NCBI GenBank assembly: GCA_003141195.1
Contig: PLLC01000024.1
Location: forward strand, 26,238-90,237
DNA: 64,000 nucleotides
Reading direction: 5' to 3'
Source of the DNA: Syntrophaceae bacterium
GTDB taxonomy: Bacteria; Desulfobacterota; Syntrophia; Syntrophales; UBA5619
Below the pieces are notes generated by a model. The model ran no database searches, was not told where the DNA came from, and was given only the letters and a program-made list of their open reading frames with translations. Shown one piece after another: positions 35,549 to 44,456 of this stretch; within the stretch, counting starts at the first letter, position 1; every line of letters starts with the position of its first letter. The position numbers and the translations under genes were made by a program.

Positions 35549-36523
35549 ATGACAAGCCTTCTCGACCGCCTTTACGCAAGCCAGTCCAACCGCCTCCTCT
35601 TCTTCAAGGACGGATGGGGGGATCTCCCCCGTCTCCGGGAGATCCAGCGGACCGGTGATCACCCCGGACCGCCGCGGCCCATTGAGGTCCGCTGGGAGGA
35701 GGCCGTGGAGACCGAAACCGCGCTGCTGCGCCGGGGCGCCTTCACATCCCCCTTCACCGACCTTCCCCTGCCTGCGGAGAGCCGGACTTCCTTCTTTGAG
35801 CTGGTCCTCCCCCCGAAAGCCTCCCGGGAAACGCCGATATGCATGCATTTTGCGGCGACCGGCGACGAGGGGTTCGCCCGACGCCGCCGGGCCCTTGCCC
35901 TTCCCCTCCTCCGCGAAGGGATCGGCTCCCTGATCCTGGAAAATCCCTATTACGGACGGCGGCGGCCGCCCGGCCAGCACAAAAAGATGCTAAACCGCTT
36001 CAGCGACCTGATGGCGATGGGGGGCGCCGCCGCGGAGGAGGGGCGCTCCCTGATGCAATGGCTCCGCCGGGAGGGTTACGAACATCTCGGGGTCTGCGGG
36101 ATCAGCATGGGGGGGAGCATGGCGGCCCGGGTCGCCGTCCTCGAGGAGACGCCGGTCGCCATGATCGGCTGCGTCACGGCCCATTCGGCGAGCGCCGTTT
36201 TCACCGAAGGGATTCTGAAGAACTACCTCGCATGGGAGGTCCTGAACCGGGAACTGGACAGTGATGGGCCGGCGATTGCGTTGATGCGGGAGCTTCTCGA
36301 CCTGACGGATCTGCGGCGGTTTCCACCCCTGCGGCGGCCGGAGGCGGCCTTCCTCGTCGCAGCGAGCCGCGACGCCTATATCCCGCCGGCCTCGGCGGCC
36401 ATGCTGCACGCCCACTGGCCCGGCTCGACGATGCGCTGGCTCGGCGCCGGCCACGTGGGGGCGTTTCTCTTCCACCGCAGCGATTTCCTGGCGGCGATCC
36501 GCGACGCCTTCGCCCGTCTGTAA
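35549..36523 (+). CDS. alpha/beta hydrolase (ABHD18/DUF2048-like)
   Basis: Start moved to ATG 35549 (MTSLLDRLY...; track ORF 35363). Nucleophile elbow GISMGG. LILENPYYGRRRP segment resembles ABHD18-type proteins. Confidence 0.6.
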   Translation: MTSLLDRLYASQSNRLLFFKDGWGDLPRLREIQRTGDHPGPPRPIEVRWEEAVETETALLRRGAFTSPFTDLPLPAESRTSFFELVLPPKASRETPICMHFAATGDEGFARRRRALALPLLREGIGSLILENPYYGRRRPPGQHKKMLNRFSDLMAMGGAAAEEGRSLMQWLRREGYEHLGVCGISMGGSMAARVAVLEETPVAMIGCVTAHSASAVFTEGILKNYLAWEVLNRELDSDGPAIALMRELLDLTDLRRFPPLRRPEAAFLVAASRDAYIPPASAAMLHAHWPGSTMRWLGAGHVGAFLFHRSDFLAAIRDAFARL

Positions 36524-36780
36524 CCGGATCGCGGTGATCCATAATCGCCTTGACGCCATATTCCTTTTGTAGCATTGCACTCCAAATCGCCAACTGCAGG
36601 GTCTCTCTTGCATTCCCTGCCCGTGCGGCCCGGACCGCCCTGAAAATGCCATCTCCGATGACCGCAATCCTTGATTGCCGCGTTGAACATTTTCGGCTAT
36701 CCTGAAAGAAACAGGGGGATGGCTACCCTTTTTTTCAGAAGCAAAGGGTGGTTTTGTCCCTGCATCCGGGAGGAGAGCCC

Positions 36781-37911
36781 ATGTCCGAAGTGATCGTCCG
36801 CAACGCGACCTATGAGAGCGACGCCCTCCGGCCCCTGATCTTCGGGATGATGGAGGCGATGGGGGGGAATGAGATCAGGAAGGAGAGCCGCGTCCTGATC
36901 AAACCGAATCTCCTCTCCCCGGCGCTTCCGCGCCAAGCCGTTCTCACACATCCCTCCATCATCCGGGCCGCCGTGGAATACTGCCTCGATCGCGGCGCCC
37001 GCCCGCTCGTTGCCGACAGCCCCGCGATAGGCTCATTCGATCTTATCCTTCGGATGAGCGGAATCCGCGACGCCCTCCGCGGGCTCGACTGCGAGTGCCG
37101 GCCGTTTCGGAATTCCGTCCGCGTTGACATCGGCGAGCCGTTCGGCGCAATCGAAATCGCCGAAGATGCCGTCCGGGCTGACTTCATCGTGAATCTCCCC
37201 AAGTTCAAGACCCACAGCCAGATGCTCCTCACCCTTGCCGTCAAGAACCTCTTCGGCTGCGTCGTCGGCTACCGGAAGCCGGAGTGGCACATGCGGGCCG
37301 GCGTCAACCGGCAGGCCTTCGCCCGGCTCATTGCCCGGATCGGTCGGACCCTCCGGCCGGCCTTCAACATCCTCGACGGCGTCCTGGCGATGGAAGGACA
37401 GGGGCCGGGACGGGGGGGCGTTCCGCGGGAGCTGGGCGTCGTGCTCGCCGGTTGCGATCCCTTCGCCGTCGATCGGGTCGTCTGCCGGATGCTCGATCTC
37501 GACCCGGAACAGGTCCCCGTCCTGAAGGCCGCCCGGGAGATGTGTTTCCCCACGCCGGAGGCGGAGCTCGACGGTTCCCTGCCCGCGATCCGGGATTTCC
37601 GCCTTCCCCGCCTGACCTCCCTCATCTACGGCCCGAAGTTCCTGCACGGCTTCATCCGGCGGCAGGTTCTCCAGCGGCCCGTCTGCGATCCCGCGGCCTG
37701 CCGCATGTGCGGGGAGTGCTGGAAGATCTGCCCGGCCGGCGCGATCACCCCGGAGGAGAATCCGCTTTGTTTCGACTACGACCGGTGCATCCGATGCTAT
37801 TGCTGCATCGAGGTGTGCCCCTTCGGCGCGCTCGACACCGCCGAGACCATAACCGGACGGATCGTCCGCGGCGCGGTTTCGCTCATTCTGCCGCCGGGGA
37901 AGACGAGATAA
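36781..37911 (+). CDS. DUF362 domain protein with C-terminal 2x[4Fe-4S] ferredoxin domain
   Basis: ATG 36781 preceded by GGGAGGAG. DUF362-like core (VLIKPNLL...). C-terminal CRMCGECWKICP and CIRCYCCIEVCP motifs. Confidence 0.75.
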   Translation: MSEVIVRNATYESDALRPLIFGMMEAMGGNEIRKESRVLIKPNLLSPALPRQAVLTHPSIIRAAVEYCLDRGARPLVADSPAIGSFDLILRMSGIRDALRGLDCECRPFRNSVRVDIGEPFGAIEIAEDAVRADFIVNLPKFKTHSQMLLTLAVKNLFGCVVGYRKPEWHMRAGVNRQAFARLIARIGRTLRPAFNILDGVLAMEGQGPGRGGVPRELGVVLAGCDPFAVDRVVCRMLDLDPEQVPVLKAAREMCFPTPEAELDGSLPAIRDFRLPRLTSLIYGPKFLHGFIRRQVLQRPVCDPAACRMCGECWKICPAGAITPEENPLCFDYDRCIRCYCCIEVCPFGALDTAETITGRIVRGAVSLILPPGKTR

Positions 37912-38000
37912 AAGGATTTTACCTTTCCCACGGTTTATGTTAGCAAGTAGAAAGTTTTAAAGGGACGCAGGACGGTGCGTGCGGCCGTAGAGGAGGATCC

Positions 38001-38717
38001 ATGGTCGAAAATTTCATAAATGGCCTGTCCGCCTACCTGCAGGGATCGGTTTCCCTGTCCTTTCTGGCCGTTTACCTCGGGGGGGTGCTGATCAGTTTCA
38101 CCCCCTGCGTCTACCCGGTCATTCCGATCACCGTCGCCTTCATCGGCGCCCGCGGGGACGGCTCGAAGAGCAGGGGATTCCTCCTCTCGCTGATCTACGT
38201 GACCGGCATGGCCGTCACCTATACGATCCTCGGCGCGGTCGCCGCGCTTTCCGGGAGGCTCTTCGGCCAGATCCAGAGCAACCCCTGGACCTATTTCCTG
38301 ATCGGGAACCTCTGCGTTCTCATGGGGTTGTCAATGCTCGACGTCTTCACCTTCACCGTCCGGACGCCCGCCTTCGTGACGCGGGCGCAGTCCCGGAAGC
38401 GGACGAAGGGGATCGCCGGCAGTTTTCTGGTGGGGGCGGCTTCGGGCCTGGTCATGGGTCCCTGCACGGCGCCGGCCCTCGCCGTCATCCTCGGCTACGC
38501 AGCAACACGGCAGAATTTGGCTCTCGCCTCGAGCCTGATGTTCGTCTTCGCCTTCGGGATGGGGACCCTGCTCATCCTCGTGGGGACGTTCGCCGGTCTT
38601 CTTGCCGCCATCCCCAAGTCGGGTGCGTGGATGGCCCGGATCAGCCGGGTCTTCGGTTGGATCCTGCTGGGAACGGGGGAATATTTTCTGATCAACGCCG
38701 GAATGCTCTGGTTATGA
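38001..38717 (+). CDS. ccdA: cytochrome c biogenesis/thiol-disulfide transporter CcdA (DsbD transmembrane domain family)
   Basis: 238 aa with GGAGGA RBS. Six TM helices. FTPCVYPVIPIT and MGPCTAPAL conserved Cys motifs. Confidence 0.85.
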   Translation: MVENFINGLSAYLQGSVSLSFLAVYLGGVLISFTPCVYPVIPITVAFIGARGDGSKSRGFLLSLIYVTGMAVTYTILGAVAALSGRLFGQIQSNPWTYFLIGNLCVLMGLSMLDVFTFTVRTPAFVTRAQSRKRTKGIAGSFLVGAASGLVMGPCTAPALAVILGYAATRQNLALASSLMFVFAFGMGTLLILVGTFAGLLAAIPKSGAWMARISRVFGWILLGTGEYFLINAGMLWL

Positions 38718-38727
38718 AGGAGATGCG

Positions 38728-39360
38728 ATGTTTTGTCCGGATATTCGAAAACAGATCTTGAACCCCGGTGGGATTGCCTCCCGCCGGTTCCCCGGCGGCG
38801 CGCGGCATGCCGCAGCGACGGCCGCAGCCGGGCGCTCTCTATCCGGATTCTGGTGGTTTGCCGCGGTTGTGATGATTGCATCCGTTTTGCTCCTCCCGTC
38901 GGACGGCCGTTCCTTCGGCCCGAAGCCGCCCGCAGTCCTGAAGACGGCGGCTTTTGTTGAGAAGGCCCCGGACTTCGTCCTCAAGGACCTGAACGGCCGG
39001 AAATTCCGTTTGGGCGACTTCAGGGGGAAACAGCCGGTCCTGATCATCTTCAGCGCGACCTGGTGCACCTTCTGCAGGGAGGAAATCCCCCATTTCAAAT
39101 CCATCCATGCGGCCTATGCGAAGCAGGGGTTGGAGATCGTCAACATCGACATCCAGGAATCGAAGGAGAAGGTGGCCAAATTCACCGCCAAGTATGGGCT
39201 TCCCTACCGCGTACTCCTGGACGAAGACGGTGTCGTGGGCGGCATATATGATATCCGTGGCGTTCCGTCGATGGTCCTCGTGGACCTAAACGGGAATATC
39301 CTCTGCCGCCAGTGTCAGCGGGTGGAGCCCCTCATCGAAACGCTCCTGAAAAAGAAGTGA
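38728..39360 (+). CDS. TlpA/ResA-like thioredoxin-fold thiol:disulfide oxidoreductase
   Basis: 210 aa with AAGGAG RBS. N-terminal membrane anchor. Active site WCTFC in FSATWCTFCREEIP. GVPSMVLVD cis-Pro loop. Confidence 0.85.
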   Translation: MFCPDIRKQILNPGGIASRRFPGGARHAAATAAAGRSLSGFWWFAAVVMIASVLLLPSDGRSFGPKPPAVLKTAAFVEKAPDFVLKDLNGRKFRLGDFRGKQPVLIIFSATWCTFCREEIPHFKSIHAAYAKQGLEIVNIDIQESKEKVAKFTAKYGLPYRVLLDEDGVVGGIYDIRGVPSMVLVDLNGNILCRQCQRVEPLIETLLKKK

Positions 39361-39375
39361 GGTGGAAAGGGATTC

Positions 39376-39705
39376 ATGGCGTCCGAATCGGAACCGAATG
39401 AACTCTATGGTCTGCAGACGGAAAACCGGCATTTGAAGGAGATGGTCGGCGCCCTGCGCGACGAGATGGAGAAGATGCGGATCGGCGAGCAGGAACGCCT
39501 CCAGAAGGCTCTGGCCGCGGCCAACGACGAGGTCGGCCAGCTCAAAAACATAATCTTCGCCCTCCGGGACGAATTGGAGCGCCGGAAGATCGAATCCGAA
39601 GAGAGATGCCACGCCATCGAACATGCCGCCCGCGACGAGGCGAAGCAGCTTCAAGAGATGATCCGGACGCTGAGAGAAAAACTGGAAGGCCATGAAAAAA
39701 GATAA
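39376..39705 (+). CDS. coiled-coil hypothetical protein
   Basis: 109 aa, heptad-rich and E/R/K/L-rich. Its stop overlaps the start of the downstream cyclase gene (ATG 39692). Confidence 0.5.
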   Translation: MASESEPNELYGLQTENRHLKEMVGALRDEMEKMRIGEQERLQKALAAANDEVGQLKNIIFALRDELERRKIESEERCHAIEHAARDEAKQLQEMIRTLREKLEGHEKR

Positions 39706-41975
39706 CCATCTGAAAAAACCGGCCGCAGGGCAGGAACGGCGCCGGAAGACCAACGAAGCGGAGCTCCTGCTCGACATCTCCAAGACGATCGCGGCGTTCG
39801 AGACCCTCGACGAGATCCTCAAATCCCTGGTGGAGATCACGACGAGGGAACTGAAGGCCGACCGGGGGACCATCTTCCTCAACGACAGCGAAACGGGCGA
39901 GCTTTACTCCCGCGTCGCCCAAGGAAATTTCCAGCGCGAGATCCGGATTCTGAACAATTCCGGCGTCGCCGGTCACGTCTTCACCACCGGGGAGGGGCTC
40001 ATCGTCCACAGCGCCTACGACGACCCCCACTTCAACCGCACCATCGATGAACAGACCGGTTATGTCACCAAAACGATCCTCTGCGTCCCCATCCGGACGA
40101 TCAAGGGGGAGAGCATCGGCGTTGCCCAGGCCCTGAACAAGAAGACGGGCCCGTTTCACGCCGGCCGACCGGCGCCTTCTGGAGGCGATGACGACGCAGG
40201 CCACGATCGCCCTGCAGAGCACGCAGTTCGTCGAGCGGATGAAACAATTCCGCCGGAAGGAAATGGAGTTCTTCAATGTCGTCTCCGATGTGACCGCCGA
40301 AATCGACCTGGGCGCCCTCCTCCAGAAGGTGATGTCCGAGGCGACAAGAATGCTGAATGCCGAGCGGGCAACCCTCTTTCTCAACGACGAAAAGACGAAC
40401 GAACTCTTCTCCAAGGTCGGCCTGGGACTGGCGGCGACGGAGATCCGCCTACCGAACCATCTCGGAATCGCGGGGGCGGTCTTCACCTCCCGGCAGACGG
40501 TGAACATTCCCTACGCTTACGCTGATCTGCGCTTCAACCCCGCCTTCGATAAAAAAACGGGGTTCTTCACCCGCTCCATCCTCTGCGTCCCGGTCATCAA
40601 CAAGGTCGGGAAGATTATCGGGGTAACCCAGGTATTGAACAAGCGGGGCGGCCCCTTCACCGCGGAGGACGAATCGCGGCTGAAGGCCTTCACCGCGCAG
40701 GTGTCGATCGCCCTGGAGAACGCCAAGCTCTTCGATGACGTCCAGAACATGAAGAACTACAGCGAGAGCATGTTGGAGAGCATGTCAAACGGCGTGATCA
40801 CCCTGAACGAGGATGAGAGGATCGTCACCTGCAATGCCGCCGGCCTACGGATCCTCCAGCTTGCCCCCGAGGCGATTCTCAAACGGAAGGCCGAGGATTT
40901 CTTCACCGGCGCCAACGCCTGGATCATCGAAAAGATCCGGCACGTCGAGGGAAGCGGCAAGCCGGACGTCATCATGGACGCAGAGGCGGAATTCGGAGGA
41001 ATCCGGATTTCCGTGAACCTGACGCTCCTCCCGCTCGTCAGCACCGCGAAGAAGAAGCTCGGCTCGATGATCATCATCGACGACATCACGAGCGAAAAGC
41101 GGATGAAATCGACCATGTCCCGCTACATGGATCCGGGGCTGGCCGATCAGATCCTCGAAGGCGGTGAAGAGGTTCTGGGCGGGAAGAGCACCGTGGCGAC
41201 GGTTCTCTTTTCGGACATCCGGGGGTTCACCACACTGACCGAGGAATTGGGTCCGCAAGGAACGGTCTCCCTGTTGAACGAGTATTTTACGATCATGGTG
41301 GACGGCATCCAGAAGGAGGGGGGGATGCTGGACAAGTTCATCGGGGACGCCATCATGGCCGCCTTTGGGGTGCCCATCCCTCATGAAGACGACGAGGACC
41401 GGGCCGTCCGGGCGGCGATCGGCATGATCCGTGCCCTGCATGTCTGGAACCGGCAGCGCGCGATCGAGGGGAAGAAACCGGTCGGGATGGGCATCGGCCT
41501 CAACACGGACACGATCGTCTCCGGAAACATCGGGTCGCCGAAGCGGATGGACTACACCCTGATCGGCGACGGCGTGAACCTTGCCTCCCGCCTGGAGAGC
41601 CTCTGCAAACATTACCATGCAAGCATCCTGATCAGCGAAAACACCGTCCGGCGCCTGAAGGGAACCTACCGGATCCGCGAGGTGGATCGGGTGCAGGTCA
41701 AGGGAAAGACACAGAGCGTCGAGGTCTATGAGGTCCTCGACTATTACACCGAAGAGACCTACCCCAACCTGATGGAGGTGGTGAACCACTTCCGGGACGG
41801 CCTGGCCCTATACCGCCGGAGGGAGTGGGACCGGGCGATTTCCAGATTCGACGAGGCCCTCCGCCTGAATCCGAACGAGAAGCTTTGCGGGATGTACGTT
41901 GAGCGTTGCGTCTGCTTCCGGGAGGAGCCTCCCGGCGACGACTGGGACGGCGGCTGGATCATGAAAACGAAGTAA
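39692..41975 (+). pseudogene. GAF-GAF-PAS class III adenylate cyclase, interrupted by a 1-nt frameshift near 40154-40157
   Basis: Track shows two overlapping ORFs (39692-40525 and 40188-41975). Frame 1 ends GAF1 at ...AQALNKKTGPF. The +1 frame continues TPADRRLLEAMTTQATIALQ, exactly parallel to the GAF2 end NKRGGPFTAEDESRLKAFTAQVSIALE. Cyclase motifs VLFSDIRGFT, KFIGDAIMA, GDGVNLASRLE. Confidence 0.75.
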
Positions 41976-42032
41976 TTATGGACAGCGCCCTATCCATTCC
42001 GCTGAAAATAAATAGGGCGCTGTCCATAATTA
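41973..42032. terminator. 21-bp perfect inverted repeat (hairpin) directly after the cyclase stop codon
   Basis: AATTATGGACAGCGCCCTAT (41974-41993) pairs with ATAGGGCGCTGTCCATAATT (42012-42031), plus T41973/A42032, with an 18-nt loop. Followed by ATAAAAAGG, with no U-tract. Confidence 0.5.
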
Positions 42033-42047
42033 TAAAAAGGAGACAAA

Positions 42048-42341
42048 ATGAGCGTACTCATTCATTTTTCGATCTTTCCCACCGACAAGCAAACGAGCGT
42101 CAGCCCCTATGTGGCCAGGGCCGTGAGAATCATCCGGGACAGCGGACTTCCTTACAAGCTGGGCCCAATGAGCACGGCCGTCGAGGGGGAGTGGGAGGAG
42201 GTCATGGGGGTGGTGGACCGCTGCTTCAAGGAGCTCCGGAAGGATTGCGGCAGGATCTACATGACCGTCCAGGCCGACTACCGCGAAGGGGCGGTGAACC
42301 GGATCGAGGGAAAGATCAAGTCGGTCGAGGCGAAATTTTGA
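42048..42341 (+). CDS. MTH1187/YkoF-like (UPF0045) thiamine-binding-fold protein
   Basis: 97 aa with AAAGGAG RBS. FSIFP....SVS.YVA.A...I..SGL.Y.L.PM.T..EGE pattern of the MTH1187 family. Confidence 0.75.
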   Translation: MSVLIHFSIFPTDKQTSVSPYVARAVRIIRDSGLPYKLGPMSTAVEGEWEEVMGVVDRCFKELRKDCGRIYMTVQADYREGAVNRIEGKIKSVEAKF

Positions 42342-42522
42342 GGGCTTCGGAAAAAGTCCCCCTGTTTTCGCAGGGGCAGGCTCCTGCTGCGCTCAAGATT
42401 CATCCCTCCCTTCGGAGGGGATATTTTCCCAGTCTAACGGAAGAATCTCCCCTCAGGCGGGTATGATATCCATAACATTTAATTTCAATCCGCATCCAAG
42501 AAAAACACATTGGCCGCTACCG

Positions 42523-43551
42523 CTATTTCTGACAGATCGGGCAGAGCCACGTTCCCCGCCCGCCCTGGTTGATTCGTTCAATGCTGCCGCCGCAGCGTCG
42601 GCAGGGCGCCCCCTGCCGCGAGTACACCTCGAGATGGTCCTGATTCGTTCCGCTGCAACCGAAAAGATCCCGCCAGTCGGAGACCGTCGTGCCGCGGCAG
42701 GCCACGGCCCGGCGGAAAATCGCCGCGGCCGCCTTCGCCACCTTCCGCCATTCCGCCGTCGCCAGACTGCACGCAGGCCGACGGGGGTCGATCCCCGCAG
42801 CGAAGAGGATCTCGCAGGCGTAGATGTTGCCGATCCCGGCGATGAGCCTCTGATCCATGAGAAAAGACTTCACCGGACGCCGCCGCGTCCGGGCGATCTC
42901 CCGGAGACGCTGCGCCGGAAGACCCTCCATGGGATCATCCGGAAGCGCTGGGGTGATCTCTTCCGGCTGCACGGCGAAGGTCGCGAAACGGCGCGGATCG
43001 ATCAACACCAGCGTTCCGGAGGAAAAGCCGATCACCAAGCGGCTGTAAGGAAAAAAGGGGGGACGGCGCCCGACTTTTTTAGCAAGGGGGGATGGCGCCC
43101 CTGTCTTCCGAACCCTGGTTTCCGGGAGAGATAAGGGTAGGGTTTCACCTTTCAGCGACACGCAATCCTTCCGCCTACGGGCACGAGGAGGAGGAAGTAT
43201 ATCGCCTTCCCGGCGGCCGTTGGAGGGCGGTGGCACATTGGCCGCCAGATAGAGAAGTCGGCCGGACATCCGGAGGTGGAGCGCCGCCGTCAGGCCGCCA
43301 TCCATTTGAATATGAATGTATTTTCCCCTGCGCGTCACCGCCGCGACACGCCGCCCAACCAGCCCCGCGACCTTCCCCGGGCCGGAGTCATCCGGAACGG
43401 CGGATTCTGGGAAAATGATGGCGCTGTCTCCCCTTTTTCGCTCGATATTCCCCAGGCGTGGATCCAGAACTTCGATCCGGAGGATTCTCTCGCCCGGAAG
43501 GACGGTGTTCAACTGGCGGCAGAGGGTCTCGACCTCGGGAAGTTCCGGCAT
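42523..43551 (-). CDS. mutM: formamidopyrimidine-DNA glycosylase (Fpg/MutM) with two Arg/Pro-rich insertions
   Basis: Canonical N-terminus MPELPEVE at ATG 43551 (track ORF to 43662). H2TH region MDQRLIAGIGNIYACEILF. C-terminal zinc finger CRRCGG...CPICQ. About 342 aa versus ~270 in E. coli. Confidence 0.85.
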   Translation of the reverse strand: MPELPEVETLCRQLNTVLPGERILRIEVLDPRLGNIERKRGDSAIIFPESAVPDDSGPGKVAGLVGRRVAAVTRRGKYIHIQMDGGLTAALHLRMSGRLLYLAANVPPPSNGRREGDILPPPRARRRKDCVSLKGETLPLSLPETRVRKTGAPSPLAKKVGRRPPFFPYSRLVIGFSSGTLVLIDPRRFATFAVQPEEITPALPDDPMEGLPAQRLREIARTRRRPVKSFLMDQRLIAGIGNIYACEILFAAGIDPRRPACSLATAEWRKVAKAAAAIFRRAVACRGTTVSDWRDLFGCSGTNQDHLEVYSRQGAPCRRCGGSIERINQGGRGTWLCPICQK

Positions 43552-43995
43552 CGTGCATCCTTCACTCGGCAGAACGGTGTTCAAATGGATATGAGAAATC
43601 GGGAGCTGCCCCCCCTTTTTCTGTCTGTTTTGTGATTCTAATCGATGGCACAAACATGTCAAGGGGAAAAGGGATGGGAAATAAATCGGAAGCGTTGGTT
43701 CTCTATTGTCGTCAACAGGAATAAGAAGTTCCGTATTAACTTTCTTAATATGTTACGATATGTTATATATCATTTCTATTCGCAGTCTGCGCGTCAGGAA
43801 GACATTTCCGCCGAAACAGGAACAGTATGTTCCTATGACGACGAGGCGAGTTCGTACAACATGCTGAAATAACGGCATGTTGTGCCAACGGCACGGATCT
43901 TCCAATACATGTCGGTATCGTTTGTCCGGCGGGCGGATTCAAGGCGGTTTGGCTGCGGGAAACCGGAGACGGACAAACGGCAAGGACGATGCGAC

Positions 43996-44244
43996 ATGGC
44001 TCTTCCCAGGAAAAAAACAGTCACCCTGACGGGGATCGTCATCCCGGCGGACTGGAACGACCGCCAGGAGGTGGTCGCCGCGGCCCTCGCCACGGCGGAC
44101 GAAAAGGAGTACCGGATCGCCGGAAATAAAAAAGGAAAAGAGCTGCTGGATGCGCTTCAGCGCCAGGTCGAGGCGACCGGCGCGCTGGAGCGGGATGAAA
44201 AAGGCAGGAACGTTATCACGATCAAACACTATATCGTCAAGTAA
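43996..44244 (+). CDS. small hypothetical protein (82 aa)
   Basis: ATG 43996 (MALPRKKTVTLTGIVIPADW...), inside track ORF 43882-44244. Preceded by a highly structured leader. No recognisable family. Confidence 0.4.
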   Translation: MALPRKKTVTLTGIVIPADWNDRQEVVAAALATADEKEYRIAGNKKGKELLDALQRQVEATGALERDEKGRNVITIKHYIVK

Positions 44245-44399
44245 ACAGAAGGTTTACGGCAATGAAGCCCCGTCAAAATTATTTATTGACAGGCCATTTC
44301 AAAAAGAGTAAAGCCTCAGCGAAAATGAACTGGGATGATCGCATCGTGACATTTGCATATAAAATACAGAGATCCCGGCAGCAATGACGATTTCTAACC

Positions 44400-44426
44400 A
44401 AAAGAGAGGTCTTGTCCTCTCTTTTT
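44400..44426 (+). terminator. intrinsic terminator/attenuator hairpin (10-bp stem plus T-tract) 30 nt upstream of kamA
   Basis: AAAAGAGAGG (44400-44409), loop tcttgt, CCTCTCTTTT (44416-44425), then T. The kamA RBS AGGAGG follows at 44443-44448. Confidence 0.65.
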
Positions 44427-44456
44427 GAGCATTCAGAAGACAGGAGGCATAAACAG

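Noticed and set aside
40188-41975. Treating 40188-41975 as an independent gene starting at ATG 40188
   Set aside because: The homologous GAF-domain sequence continues upstream of that ATG in the same frame (FTPADRRLLEA-M-TTQ) and joins the 39692 ORF after a 1-nt shift. One frameshifted gene explains both ORFs better.
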